DNA of 64,000 nt from an uncultured Alphaproteobacteria bacterium (GTDB lineage Bacteria > Pseudomonadota > Alphaproteobacteria > CAAHEQ01 > UBA3637): the NCBI GenBank assembly GCA_944392785.1, contig CALXXW010000024.1:9744-73743 (forward strand), given 5' to 3'. The position numbers were made by a program, and so were the translations under genes. The notes beneath the pieces were generated by a model. The model did not search any database. It saw only the letters and a list, made by a program, of their open reading frames with translations, and was not told the origin of the DNA. Numbering within the stretch: the stretch's first letter is position 1; each line of letters begins with the position of its first letter. Below, one piece after another: positions 27,462 through 37,185 of this stretch.

Positions 27462-30400
27462 TTAAAACCATCCGGTTGAACGATTACAACTTCCCGTTAA
27501 CCAGTTATAGTATCGACCCTTACAAGCCTGACAAGATTCATACGAGGTTTGTGTATCTCTTTTCTCCGTGCATGCCACACACTTGTTGGCGCTGGTTGAA
27601 AAGAACTGCCCTGTCGGACAAACACATGTTTTCCCGTTGCCGAATCCTTGCCCAGAGGGGCAAAGACGACACCTCTTATTATACCAGTAGCGCTGAGGAC
27701 ATTTTTGACACTCTTCCCATGTTGTATTGGACGCCGCTGATGATAACGAGCAAAGAGCACACATATTCGTTCCATAGAAAAAGCGATTATCACAAGACGA
27801 ACATTCGTCCTCGGTGGCTCTGATAGTTCCGTTAACCGAGCAGGATTGACATTGATTGGAAGTATTCAAAATTTCCCCAGCCGCACATGTACATCCCAAC
27901 CCATCTGAGGTAGCATTTGTGCCGTTGGGACACAGGTAGGACCGAGCATCCGATGGTTTCCAATAACGATTAGGACACTGCCGACTTTCATCCTGTGCAA
28001 CGGCTATAGCCGATGTGTAGTCACAAGAAATACAGGCTCCATCCGAAGAGCGCCACAGACGCTCACCCTGACCACAAGACATACATTCGGCTTGCGTTGT
28101 CGCATGACTTGCTGTTTTACTTGTACAACTCAAGCATGTATTCGCCGCATAGGAAAAATACTGGCCCTCCGGACAAACACATCCCAGCCCATCCGCTGTT
28201 GCCTTTGTTCCGCTGGGACAAATATAGCTATACCCCTTATCCGATCGCCAATAACGATTGGAGCAACGCCGACTTTCTTCATATGAGGCCTTAATGGCTA
28301 CGGAACGGCTACACAGCGAACACGTATCATCGTCGGCTAAAAAGCGTATATTATCTCCACAACCATGGCAAGCGGCCTCAGTGGTTTTAGGCGTATTTGA
28401 TGCGGCACACAAATACGATTTACCATCCTCTGCAAAATAGCGTTTCCCTATGCCGCAGCTGGCACTTGCCTGCTCGGATGAGACAACGGCCGTTGTGATA
28501 TCACAATCAACACATGTTTTATTGCTGGCATTAAAGAAAGTCTCTCCGGCAGAACAGGAACACGAAAGCCCATCTTCTGCCACCAAAGAACCATTCGGGC
28601 ATAGGATGCACCGATCCGTCTGCCAATAACGATTCTGACATGTTTGACAGGCCTCTAACGTCGCATAGCGATTGACCGTATCCGCACAAGAATAGCACTT
28701 ATTATCTTGCGCCGAGAAAAACGCATCTTGCGCGCATCCGCTACAAACAAGGCCGTCTTCACTGGTTGTATTGCCGGTGCATACCAGGCACATATTGTCC
28801 TTTTCTCGCCAATATCGACCTTCACAGACATGACAAGCCCCAAAAGTGGCTTGTTTCGATGCCGTATTTTCACAAGGATAACACTTGCCGTCAGCATAGG
28901 AAAAATACTCGCCCGCCGGACAAACGCATCCCAACCCATCCGCCGTTGCCTTTGTTCCGGTGGGGCACATATAACTATACCCATTATCCGATCGCCAATA
29001 GCGATTTTGACACCGTTGCGAATTTTCCAAAGATGTCGCAAATCTTCCCGTGTATTGACACGCATAACACTGATTCTTGGACGACAGCGTCCGCACATTC
29101 GTCCCACAAGAGAAACAAGCCTCGGCTTCTGTGACAGGATAAGAGGTTGTTTGGGTACATAGATAGGAATAAGAGTTGCTAGCCATATAGCGCACGCCCG
29201 TACCGCAACTGGCACTGGCATCGGCATAAGTCAAAATCGCTGTCGTAGTATCACAAGCCGCACAAACTGTCGGCTTTGCTTGATTAAAGAATGTCTCACC
29301 TATCGAGCAAGAACAAAACAATCCATCTTCAGAGCCTATTCCACCCTCACCACACAGCATACAAGAATTATTTTTCCAATATCGATTTCCGCAGGCTTGG
29401 CACTCAGCCAAGGTTGTTGTCCGAGCCCGAGTCTCTGAGCAGGGATAGCATTTATTGTCGGCATAAGAAAACATATACCCTTCGTCACACTCACAGGCCT
29501 CTCCGGATTCCGAAGCCTTCATTCCGGTCGGGCAAAGGCGACATTGTCCTGTTTTGCTTTCCCAATACCGATTGTCGCACATTTGACACTCTTGAAGCGT
29601 TGAGACGACTTTCTTCGTATTCGTGCATTTGAAGCACGCATTATTTGCCTGAGCGGTAAACCATCCCGGACATGAACTGCAACTGAGATTCTCTGCCAGA
29701 ATGGTACTTTCCTTCAGTTCACTACACGAATAGCAACTTCCATTTTTATCCATTAAATGATTTGTATCTTGGCAAACACATCCCGTTCCCTCCTCATTGG
29801 GACGAGCCGAATAAGCACACGAGTAGCATGTTCCATCCGTATCCATCCAACCTTTTTCCAAATCGCAGACACAAGATTGCGTTTTTTCATCCCATATGGC
29901 TCCGATTGTTTGACACCGATGACAATTCGGGTACTCACCGAAGAAGTAGATCTGAGTGTTGCACTCACATGTTTGTGTTTCCGCATTATAACGCCCGGCA
30001 CGATATTCGGCCGAATAAGCAGGAGAGGAAACGGTATACACAGCCTCAGGACACATACTATCACAGGTTTTTGTGTCATAATTCCAAGCTTGATCTGCAC
30101 CGGCACATAACTGACATGAACCATCGGCTTTGGTATAATAGCGAGCGGCTTCATTACAGACGCATTGCCCATCTTTTTCCGTAAATCCCTTCGATTCATC
30201 ACATCCGGGCAAGCGACACCAGTTATTGATCATTTGAAGTCCCTCAGGACAAGCACATTCACCATTACTTTGTATCACCTGTCCCCGATCACAGAACCAA
30301 TCGCAACGCCCGTCTTGTTTTTCCTTTCCAAAGGGACATACACAATTTTCATCGGCATCAATCAAGCCACAGATATTTTGTCCCAATGCTTTTTCCGGAT

Positions 30401-32267
30401 CTCCGAACACACACATATTATTGCTGTCACAGGAAGCACCTTCTACCGGACACTTGTAGCCTACAATTTCAGATTGTAGAGAATAGGAAATGTTAACTTC
30501 TGTCGAACCAGTTTCAGTACACGCGCCGGTATACACCCATGTATTCGGAGAATTGACAGCATAAACTCTGGAACCGGCAGAACATCCGACAGCATTCATA
30601 TCAATATAAACCGGAAATTTCAGTGTATAATTGGCATATCCGACTTGATGAATCGTATCATCCGTATAATGCCCGCCGTTCGGCATGTCATTATAGGTAT
30701 TGTATTGCGTACAGCGACAACCGGATAATCCATAGTCATAGTTGTGATACCCATTCCATCCGTCCAAGAATCCGACCCGAATACGGCCTTCTAACGTATC
30801 GACACGTACCCATTTATCATGCTCGGTGCAGAAGACCATATTCCCATTGGCTGTGAAGGGTTCAGAGTTCGGGATACACGCAATTTTTTCACAAGCCCCC
30901 AAACGACCATAATATCCTTTCTTTGTATCACATATACAAGCCTGTGTATCCGGATCATATATGGCATCATCCGGGCACTTAACACATCCGTTAGCCGTTA
31001 AGTAATATCCATTGGCCGTATCACAGATACAAGCACCTGTTGCATCTGTTATATATCCAGCTTCTTGAGGACATTGACAAACACCGGCTTCATTCTTTTT
31101 AGGCAGAACACACATACAAACGCCGTTGACGATTTCAAACCCCAAAGAGGTATCACACACACATTTTCCATCTCCGTCCAGATAAAATCCATTCTGCGTA
31201 TCACACGTGCAGATACCCTCCGGTGAACACATCTCATAACTATCGCAATCCTCTTTCTTCAGACATTCAACGCATTTTTTGATTGGAGCCCCCGTTGTGT
31301 TATCTGTTCCATCGACTAAATAAGGCCGCTCTTTAGGGCATAGGCATTGATTTTGAAAGCCGTCTTTGATAATCTCTACAAACCCATATTGAGTGGGACA
31401 CACACATTGATCTCCTGTATCCAAATAATTGGATAAACAAGCACATTTCTGAGCCCCTGTCAGCCCTGCAGCACCATCCATTCGGTCGGGGTCCGTACAT
31501 TGACACGCACACGCATACGGATCCGGATACATATGCTGAGGATTGTCACATGCCGGCACTTGCGCTGCATCAAACACGCATAATCCCCCTATTTCAACCG
31601 AGCAATCCGGACACCCCGAGGTATTGTTATCCGACGGGTATCCCAGAGCATCCGTAAAAACAATCCCCACATCCAACGTCTCTTCCTCTTCGTCTATACC
31701 CCCCATGCAAATCCGACGCACGATGCTTTTGTCGGCATCATCTTTAATCTGACTTTCCGACCAAACCATAAAAGGCTCCCGTGGCATCTGTTGCATGGGT
31801 TCCAGCAACAAAACATAATCGTATGAAATGTTGGACAGTAAAATATCTGAGCAAATTTTCGTGGAAAATTGATTCAAATTAACGATCATGCCACGGCCAT
31901 CTTTCAACATACTGGCCGATAAAACCGTATCCCCGACGGACGCTTGAAAGGCTTCTTTATATTGAGAGCCGGTATATGCCGGAACATCTGAAATATAACC
32001 GTCCCGATTTAATAAATGAAGCCATTCAAGCTCTACCTGTTCCTTTTCTGAAAGAGCACGATAATCAGCCTGTTGCTGCTCTAAATAATGTCCCGTCACG
32101 ACACCGGCTACCGTTTTAGAAATTAAATCTTCTACCGTTGCAATTTCATGTTTGCGGTTGGAATACTGCCACCCCCAAAACACGGCTATGGATAAAAGCC
32201 CTATTAAAAACAATACAATTAAAAGCTCGGTCGTGGTTGTCCCTTTTTCATCTGTCTGTTTTAACAT
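27462..32267 (-). CDS. giant (1601 aa) type IV prepilin-like protein with a huge cysteine-rich tandem-repeat ectodomain (ephrin-receptor-like / furin-like / VSP-like repeats)
   Basis: N-terminus MLKQTDEKG|TTTTELLIVLFLIGLLSIAVFWGW, which is a class III (prepilin peptidase) signal: short basic leader ending in Gly, Glu at +5, and a ~20 aa hydrophobic helix. AGGAGA SD 6 nt upstream of the ATG at 32267. The remainder carries ~250 Cys in repeated units such as CxCDTxxGYYL..GxC, and also C.NRYW....Y.CP.GT.AT.DGLGC.CP.G.YFSY. TAA stop verified at 27462. Confidence 0.8.
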   Translation of the reverse strand: MLKQTDEKGTTTTELLIVLFLIGLLSIAVFWGWQYSNRKHEIATVEDLISKTVAGVVTGHYLEQQQADYRALSEKEQVELEWLHLLNRDGYISDVPAYTGSQYKEAFQASVGDTVLSASMLKDGRGMIVNLNQFSTKICSDILLSNISYDYVLLLEPMQQMPREPFMVWSESQIKDDADKSIVRRICMGGIDEEEETLDVGIVFTDALGYPSDNNTSGCPDCSVEIGGLCVFDAAQVPACDNPQHMYPDPYACACQCTDPDRMDGAAGLTGAQKCACLSNYLDTGDQCVCPTQYGFVEIIKDGFQNQCLCPKERPYLVDGTDNTTGAPIKKCVECLKKEDCDSYEMCSPEGICTCDTQNGFYLDGDGKCVCDTSLGFEIVNGVCMCVLPKKNEAGVCQCPQEAGYITDATGACICDTANGYYLTANGCVKCPDDAIYDPDTQACICDTKKGYYGRLGACEKIACIPNSEPFTANGNMVFCTEHDKWVRVDTLEGRIRVGFLDGWNGYHNYDYGLSGCRCTQYNTYNDMPNGGHYTDDTIHQVGYANYTLKFPVYIDMNAVGCSAGSRVYAVNSPNTWVYTGACTETGSTEVNISYSLQSEIVGYKCPVEGASCDSNNMCVFGDPEKALGQNICGLIDADENCVCPFGKEKQDGRCDWFCDRGQVIQSNGECACPEGLQMINNWCRLPGCDESKGFTEKDGQCVCNEAARYYTKADGSCQLCAGADQAWNYDTKTCDSMCPEAVYTVSSPAYSAEYRAGRYNAETQTCECNTQIYFFGEYPNCHRCQTIGAIWDEKTQSCVCDLEKGWMDTDGTCYSCAYSARPNEEGTGCVCQDTNHLMDKNGSCYSCSELKESTILAENLSCSSCPGWFTAQANNACFKCTNTKKVVSTLQECQMCDNRYWESKTGQCRLCPTGMKASESGEACECDEGYMFSYADNKCYPCSETRARTTTLAECQACGNRYWKNNSCMLCGEGGIGSEDGLFCSCSIGETFFNQAKPTVCAACDTTTAILTYADASASCGTGVRYMASNSYSYLCTQTTSYPVTEAEACFSCGTNVRTLSSKNQCYACQYTGRFATSLENSQRCQNRYWRSDNGYSYMCPTGTKATADGLGCVCPAGEYFSYADGKCYPCENTASKQATFGACHVCEGRYWREKDNMCLVCTGNTTSEDGLVCSGCAQDAFFSAQDNKCYSCADTVNRYATLEACQTCQNRYWQTDRCILCPNGSLVAEDGLSCSCSAGETFFNASNKTCVDCDITTAVVSSEQASASCGIGKRYFAEDGKSYLCAASNTPKTTEAACHGCGDNIRFLADDDTCSLCSRSVAIKASYEESRRCSNRYWRSDKGYSYICPSGTKATADGLGCVCPEGQYFSYAANTCLSCTSKTASHATTQAECMSCGQGERLWRSSDGACISCDYTSAIAVAQDESRQCPNRYWKPSDARSYLCPNGTNATSDGLGCTCAAGEILNTSNQCQSCSVNGTIRATEDECSSCDNRFFYGTNMCALCSLSSAASNTTWEECQKCPQRYWYNKRCRLCPSGQGFGNGKTCVCPTGQFFSTSANKCVACTEKRDTQTSYESCQACKGRYYNWLTGSCNRSTGWF
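27810..29315 (-). repeat. intragenic tandem duplication (~750 bp unit, 2 copies, diverged but with locally near-identical stretches) inside the giant Cys-rich gene
   Basis: The protein module CSCS(I/A)GETFFN...NRYWRSD(N/K)GYSY(M/I)CP(T/S)GTKATADGLGCVCP(A/E)G(E/Q)YFSYA... occurs twice ~251 aa apart. Opposite-strand shadow ORFs at 28013..28294 and 28766..29134 are ~80% identical to each other at a ~750 nt offset. Confidence 0.7.
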
Positions 32268-32277
32268 TTTCTGTCTC

Positions 32278-33978
32278 CTATTCGTTTTCGGGTGGTATAT
32301 ACATCGGCCAATTGCCTTGAACAACATCATCTAATGACTGCAAAGAGGCCCCCATTAAAGACCTGTAAATCCAATAATTGACGATGATACGCTCAACAAA
32401 ACTGCGTGTTTCCTTAGAAGGAATACTTTCCAAGAACAATAACGGATCATCGTTATAGTTCATTTTCTTTTTCCATTTCATCAAATTTCCCGGCCCGGCA
32501 TTATAGGCAACCGCCGTAAAAATCAAATTATTCTGCACCGCCTCCGATGCCATCAAACGCAACAAATAATTTTGCCCCAAAGCCAGGTTATAAGCCGGTT
32601 CTTTCAGCTTTTGTCGCTTCCAGGGCATTTGTAAAAGCGCCGCCTGCTCCCGTCCCGTCTGAGGCATAATCTGCATCAACCCCAATGCCCCCATGGCACT
32701 TTCGGCACGTTTATTAAAACAAGACTCCTGCCGCACAAAGGCAAAGACCAGCGCTTTGTCCACCTTCCATCCATCCTGAGGCGTCCAATTAGGAGCCGGA
32801 TACCGTGCCTCATCCCCATTTAATGTTCCCGCAATTCCCAATAAATCATCCGCAAAACCATTTTTTTGCGAAATCATCAACAAAATACCTTGAGCTTCTG
32901 TATCTGCCTCCAGATACAACTTAGCCAACTCTTTTTGGGCCCACTCATCTGCACCGATTTGTCGCAAGGCATAAAAGCGTGTCAAAGCCGGATGAGAAAA
33001 ATCTCCGATAACATCATCACTGGGTGTTGCCGGTTCATCCCAAACATGAGACAAATCTTGTCCCAACATGCGCATCGCCAGCAAGCCATAGAACGTCCGA
33101 GGGAAAGAGGCTGCCTGCTCCAAATAAGCCCCCACCGCCTGATATTTTCCCTGTTTTAAAAGAGAACGAGCCGCCCAAACCGCTCCGGCGTTTTTAAGCA
33201 ACGGGTAAGCCGTTTTTGCCTTTGCCACCTTTTCAAAGTAATCCCCTGCCTGCGGATAATTTTCCTGTCGCCATGAGACCAATCCGGCTGTCCACCAGGC
33301 TAACGGGATTTCCATTCCAGAATCCAAAACCGGTCTTAACTGTTCCATCGCCAATAAGTCGGCATCATCTATGAAATATGAAAAAGCCAAGGCTGTACGC
33401 GCCAATAATAAATCTCTTTTTGACAACAGTTTTTTGGTCGTTTTCTCTTCGATAACACGTTTAGCATTTAACGTTTTGCCTGCCAAAATATAACGTTCGA
33501 TTTGACGCATAATCCGTTGCGCCTTTTGACGATTAGCCGCATTTAGATAGGAAAAAGATAATCCGCGAATCAAATCAATCGGCTCGATACGTTGAACACC
33601 CAAACATGCTCCTGAATTTCCGCCGAAAATACCGCGCGGACGCGGCGGCAATTTAGCTTTTTTTTGAACACCCAAGGCATAGACATCACTGGCAACGGCC
33701 AGATCACTGTATTTATTCAACCAATTGACGATCTCTGTCCCTTTTGTGCGGTATCCTTTTGAAAAATAACGATCGTATAAAACATATCCCATCAACAGTT
33801 TATCTTTTATTGTCCCCTCGACTTTTTTAGCCGTCTTAAAATCATTTGCTTGATGCGCCTTTAGGATCCGCTGATAGGCGGCGACATCCCTATCGCTCAA
33901 AATAGCCGGCCCCGCCACCGTCGGCAAGGCAAAGCCCAAAAGCAAAAGGATATGACAAATAAAATGAATGACGCGCAA
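32278..33978 (-). CDS. slt: soluble lytic murein transglycosylase (Slt70-like; superhelical N-domain + family 1 LT domain)
   Basis: Signal peptide. The catalytic ES motif in VRQESCFNKRAESAMGALGLMQIMPQTG, and AYNAGPGN. Its TAG stop at 32278..32280 overlaps the SD of the giant prepilin-like gene, 10 nt before that gene's ATG. Confidence 0.85.
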   Translation of the reverse strand: MRVIHFICHILLLLGFALPTVAGPAILSDRDVAAYQRILKAHQANDFKTAKKVEGTIKDKLLMGYVLYDRYFSKGYRTKGTEIVNWLNKYSDLAVASDVYALGVQKKAKLPPRPRGIFGGNSGACLGVQRIEPIDLIRGLSFSYLNAANRQKAQRIMRQIERYILAGKTLNAKRVIEEKTTKKLLSKRDLLLARTALAFSYFIDDADLLAMEQLRPVLDSGMEIPLAWWTAGLVSWRQENYPQAGDYFEKVAKAKTAYPLLKNAGAVWAARSLLKQGKYQAVGAYLEQAASFPRTFYGLLAMRMLGQDLSHVWDEPATPSDDVIGDFSHPALTRFYALRQIGADEWAQKELAKLYLEADTEAQGILLMISQKNGFADDLLGIAGTLNGDEARYPAPNWTPQDGWKVDKALVFAFVRQESCFNKRAESAMGALGLMQIMPQTGREQAALLQMPWKRQKLKEPAYNLALGQNYLLRLMASEAVQNNLIFTAVAYNAGPGNLMKWKKKMNYNDDPLLFLESIPSKETRSFVERIIVNYWIYRSLMGASLQSLDDVVQGNWPMYIPPENE

Positions 33979-33989
33979 AAGATTTTCTC

Positions 33990-34826
33990 CTAAAACGGAA
34001 CATATTGTATGCGAGATTTACAATCCTTTTCGGATAGCTCTCCCACCTGACATATTTCCACTTCCATTTTGGGCACTTCCAAAATATGTTCACATGCCAC
34101 ACCGTTTAAATTGATGGCTTGACTTTGCTTTCCCTTCTTTGCGACACCGGAAAATGACAAGTTCACTTTTTGTGTTCCGAAAGTCAAACTAACGGACAGT
34201 TGCTTTATCTCCATCGGTAATTGATTTTCCAAGTTCATGGTCCCGCTGCAAAACGAAAAATTACGCGCCGGAGGCAAGGTATTTGAAACATTATCCAAAA
34301 CCAACAGCACGCGTCCTTTATCCATATTTGTTTGTATTTCTGACTCGTCTGACTGGGCTGCCAACATATCAAAAGCCTCATCTAAGTCAGCGGCTTGTGT
34401 CAAGTCGGCGGCAGAATCCACACTTTCTTCGGCGACATTTATCAATCCCTCATCGACTACGGCATCGGACCCGAATATAGCAATCATCGAATCGCTGGCC
34501 GTTCGAGAAGGAACACGTGCGGACGGTTGAGCAACCGCAGATCCGGCTGCGGGCAAAGATGTCTTTTTTGATGTTTTTTTGGGGGGCAAGGGTGTCGGCC
34601 CTGACTGTTTTGAGGGTACTTCATTCACGACGGGAGCCCTTTGGGACGTTTGTCGGCCCATCTGTTGAGGTGTAGTCGGCTGAATCACAGATGTTTTGGA
34701 TGCGGCATTTTCTAGCTGAGAAGAGCTTCCCGACGACCGCACGACCGCCAAATCAGGGAACAAAGCTTGAGCCCGTACATCACCAACGGCAATCACACAA
34801 ACCAGAAATCCCAAAATATATCGCAT
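33990..34826 (-). CDS. secreted low-complexity (Ser/Pro/Thr/Ala-rich) protein of unknown function
   Basis: Signal peptide MRYILGFLVCVIAVGDVRAQA, a long low-complexity linker, and a C-terminal ~100 aa globular part. No recognised motif. Confidence 0.45.
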   Translation of the reverse strand: MRYILGFLVCVIAVGDVRAQALFPDLAVVRSSGSSSQLENAASKTSVIQPTTPQQMGRQTSQRAPVVNEVPSKQSGPTPLPPKKTSKKTSLPAAGSAVAQPSARVPSRTASDSMIAIFGSDAVVDEGLINVAEESVDSAADLTQAADLDEAFDMLAAQSDESEIQTNMDKGRVLLVLDNVSNTLPPARNFSFCSGTMNLENQLPMEIKQLSVSLTFGTQKVNLSFSGVAKKGKQSQAINLNGVACEHILEVPKMEVEICQVGELSEKDCKSRIQYVPF

Positions 34827-34910
34827 CTTATCATTCCTCCCTTTACTTCTGACTCCTTTTGGAGTAAGATATTATCCATGTTTCTTACAGTGTAAAGGAT
34901 TATCAATCAA

Positions 34911-36278
34911 ATGGCAACATTTTTTTTCTGTGGAATCGGCGGCATCGGCATGAGTGCGATTGCTTTGTATCTTAAAAAGACCGGACATGTCGTTTGTGGA
35001 TCTGACCGTTCATTTGACCAGCATATAAATACGGACATGCAGCATCGGCTGGAAAAAGCCGGCATTATCCTTTTTCCGCAGGATGGATCCGGTATGAACG
35101 AGCATATTGACGTGGTCGTTGTATCAACGGCCGTCGAAAGTCGCATTCCGGATATCCAAAAAGCTCAAGAACTCAATCGACCGATTAGACGACGTGCAGA
35201 AATTCTGGCTGATATTTTACACACGCATGTTGGGATTGCCGTCGGCGGGACCAGTGGAAAAACAACCGTGACGGCGATGGTCAATCATATTTTATGTTTT
35301 GCCGAACAAGATCCTCTGATGATTAACGGCGGCTTATCTCTCAACACATACGGAACAGATGACATATCCAATCTTCATTTGGGTCAAGGAAAGCTTTGCG
35401 TCATTGAAGCCGATGAATCGGATGGTTCCATCAACCTATATACACCGGCCATTTCGGTTGTCACAAACATTTCTTTAGATCACAAGCCTATCCACGAGAT
35501 TCGTCCATTGTTTCAGAACTTTTTAAATCGAACGACTCAAGGAATCGTCACAAATGCGGACGATCCCGAAACACAAACTCTCCAGATAACGCATCCACAC
35601 CATATACGTTTTTCCTTAAACGATCCGACCGTCGAGTTGTTTGCAGATGACATCTGCATTTTTCAAAAGGATATGACTTTTAAAGTCAACGGTCAAAAGG
35701 CTCGTCTTCCCATGATCGGACGACATAATATCGAAAATGCTTTGGCCGCTTTGGGGGCGTGCCAACTGGCCGGCGTTTCGCTGGAAACAGGAATCATGGC
35801 TCTGGCCTCTTTTAAAGGGACCGCCAGACGCATGCAGACACTTGGTACTGAAAAAAATATCACGGTTATTGATGACTATGCCCATAACCCGGCTAAAATT
35901 CATGCAACACTGGATGCGTTATCGACTCTACCGGGACGCTTGATTTGCGTGTTTCAACCGCATGGTTTTGCGCCGACACGTTTGATGAAAGAAGAACTGC
36001 TTCATATGTTAAAACAAACCCTCAACCAAAATATAATTTGGGTCATGCCGGACATTTTCTATGCCGGTGGAACAGTCGCGCAGGATATTTCTTCTCAAGA
36101 TATTATCTCCCCGCTTCAAGAGGCCGGGAAACAGGCATTTTATGTCCCTCGAACCGAGATACCGACCTATCTGAAACAGATAGCACAAGCCGGTGACCGC
36201 ATTATTATTATGGGTGGACGAGATAACACATTAACCGAATTGGGATATTCTGTATTAACCACATTGAAAGAGAACTAA
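34911..36278 (+). CDS. mpl: UDP-N-acetylmuramate:L-alanyl-gamma-D-glutamyl-meso-DAP ligase (murein peptide ligase Mpl), MurC/Mpl family
   Basis: N-terminal GIGGIGMSAIAL, ATP site GTSGKTTVTAM, and MurC/Mpl collinearity. The adjacent ldcA supports a recycling role over MurC. Confidence 0.75.
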   Translation: MATFFFCGIGGIGMSAIALYLKKTGHVVCGSDRSFDQHINTDMQHRLEKAGIILFPQDGSGMNEHIDVVVVSTAVESRIPDIQKAQELNRPIRRRAEILADILHTHVGIAVGGTSGKTTVTAMVNHILCFAEQDPLMINGGLSLNTYGTDDISNLHLGQGKLCVIEADESDGSINLYTPAISVVTNISLDHKPIHEIRPLFQNFLNRTTQGIVTNADDPETQTLQITHPHHIRFSLNDPTVELFADDICIFQKDMTFKVNGQKARLPMIGRHNIENALAALGACQLAGVSLETGIMALASFKGTARRMQTLGTEKNITVIDDYAHNPAKIHATLDALSTLPGRLICVFQPHGFAPTRLMKEELLHMLKQTLNQNIIWVMPDIFYAGGTVAQDISSQDIISPLQEAGKQAFYVPRTEIPTYLKQIAQAGDRIIIMGGRDNTLTELGYSVLTTLKEN

Positions 36279-37163
36279 ATGCCTCAAATTACCCTGATTG
36301 CGCCGGCATCTCCTTTGCCGAATTTGAACGAAAAAATATCTCATGAATGGACACGCTTGTGGTCCGATCGGGGATATACGTTAAAATTTGCTGATTCGTG
36401 TTTCAAAAGCGAGCGTTTTTTAGCCGGTTCTGATACCTTACGAGCCACTGACATTCAAGCTGCCTTTTCGGATCCCGAAACGACAATCATCATGGCATTA
36501 AAGGGTGGCTACGGCTCTCTTCGCCTACTGGATAAATTAGATTATAATCTGATTCGAAAAAATCCTAAACCGTTCGTGGGGTTCAGTGATAATACAGCGC
36601 TTAACCTAGCTTTATTGGCCCAAGCCGGTCTTCCCAGTATAACAGGGTTTAATGCTTCTTTCATGTCGCGTATATCCCAGGCTCCTTTGTTATTTCAGAC
36701 GTTGCAGGAAGCCTTAACCGGTCATCCTCAGCGCTTTTACCATCTCAAGCCGTTATCACACGGTCATGCCAAAGGTCGTTTAATCGGTGGAACACTCAGT
36801 TTATTGTGCCATCTCATCGGAACGCCTTATCTGCCGGATATGAAAGGAGCTATTCTGGTCTTAGAAGATGTCGGAGAAGAACCTTATAAAATTGATAAGA
36901 TGCTGACACATTTACGCCTGTCCGGCTTGTTCCACCTGATTTCCGGTATTGTTCTGGGTAGGTTTGAAAATTGTCTGTCAAAAGATGCGGCCGACGGCTC
37001 TGTAGAAACAGTTTTGGGCGATCATTTTTCGGCTCTTTCCATACCCGTCATGACAGGGCTTCCCTACGGACATACAACTGACCATGCCGTGTTTCCACTA
37101 GGAACACAAGCTGTTTTGGATACAACGACTTCAACTTTAGAAATCAATCCCCTACCGTTCTGA
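36279..37163 (+). CDS. ldcA: LD-carboxypeptidase (muramoyltetrapeptide carboxypeptidase, S66)
   Basis: Catalytic Ser nucleophile region PFVGFSDNTALNL, and the Glu/His region VLEDVGEEPYKIDKMLTHLRLSG. Starts 1 nt after mpl. Confidence 0.8.
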   Translation: MPQITLIAPASPLPNLNEKISHEWTRLWSDRGYTLKFADSCFKSERFLAGSDTLRATDIQAAFSDPETTIIMALKGGYGSLRLLDKLDYNLIRKNPKPFVGFSDNTALNLALLAQAGLPSITGFNASFMSRISQAPLLFQTLQEALTGHPQRFYHLKPLSHGHAKGRLIGGTLSLLCHLIGTPYLPDMKGAILVLEDVGEEPYKIDKMLTHLRLSGLFHLISGIVLGRFENCLSKDAADGSVETVLGDHFSALSIPVMTGLPYGHTTDHAVFPLGTQAVLDTTTSTLEINPLPF

Positions 37164-37185
37164 GTATCTTTAAAAGGAGTTTTCA

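Noticed and set aside
27338-32334. Some twenty 60-190 aa ORFs on both strands inside the 27.4-32.3 kb region (e.g. 28655..29227 -, 28707..29162 +, 29753..30202 -, 28013..28294 +)
   Set aside because: They are shadow frames of the giant Cys-rich gene. The repeats and codon bias (Cys/Gly/Thr-rich) keep alternative frames open. Pairs of them are near-identical at the ~750-nt repeat offset. No independent start signals or distinct composition were seen.
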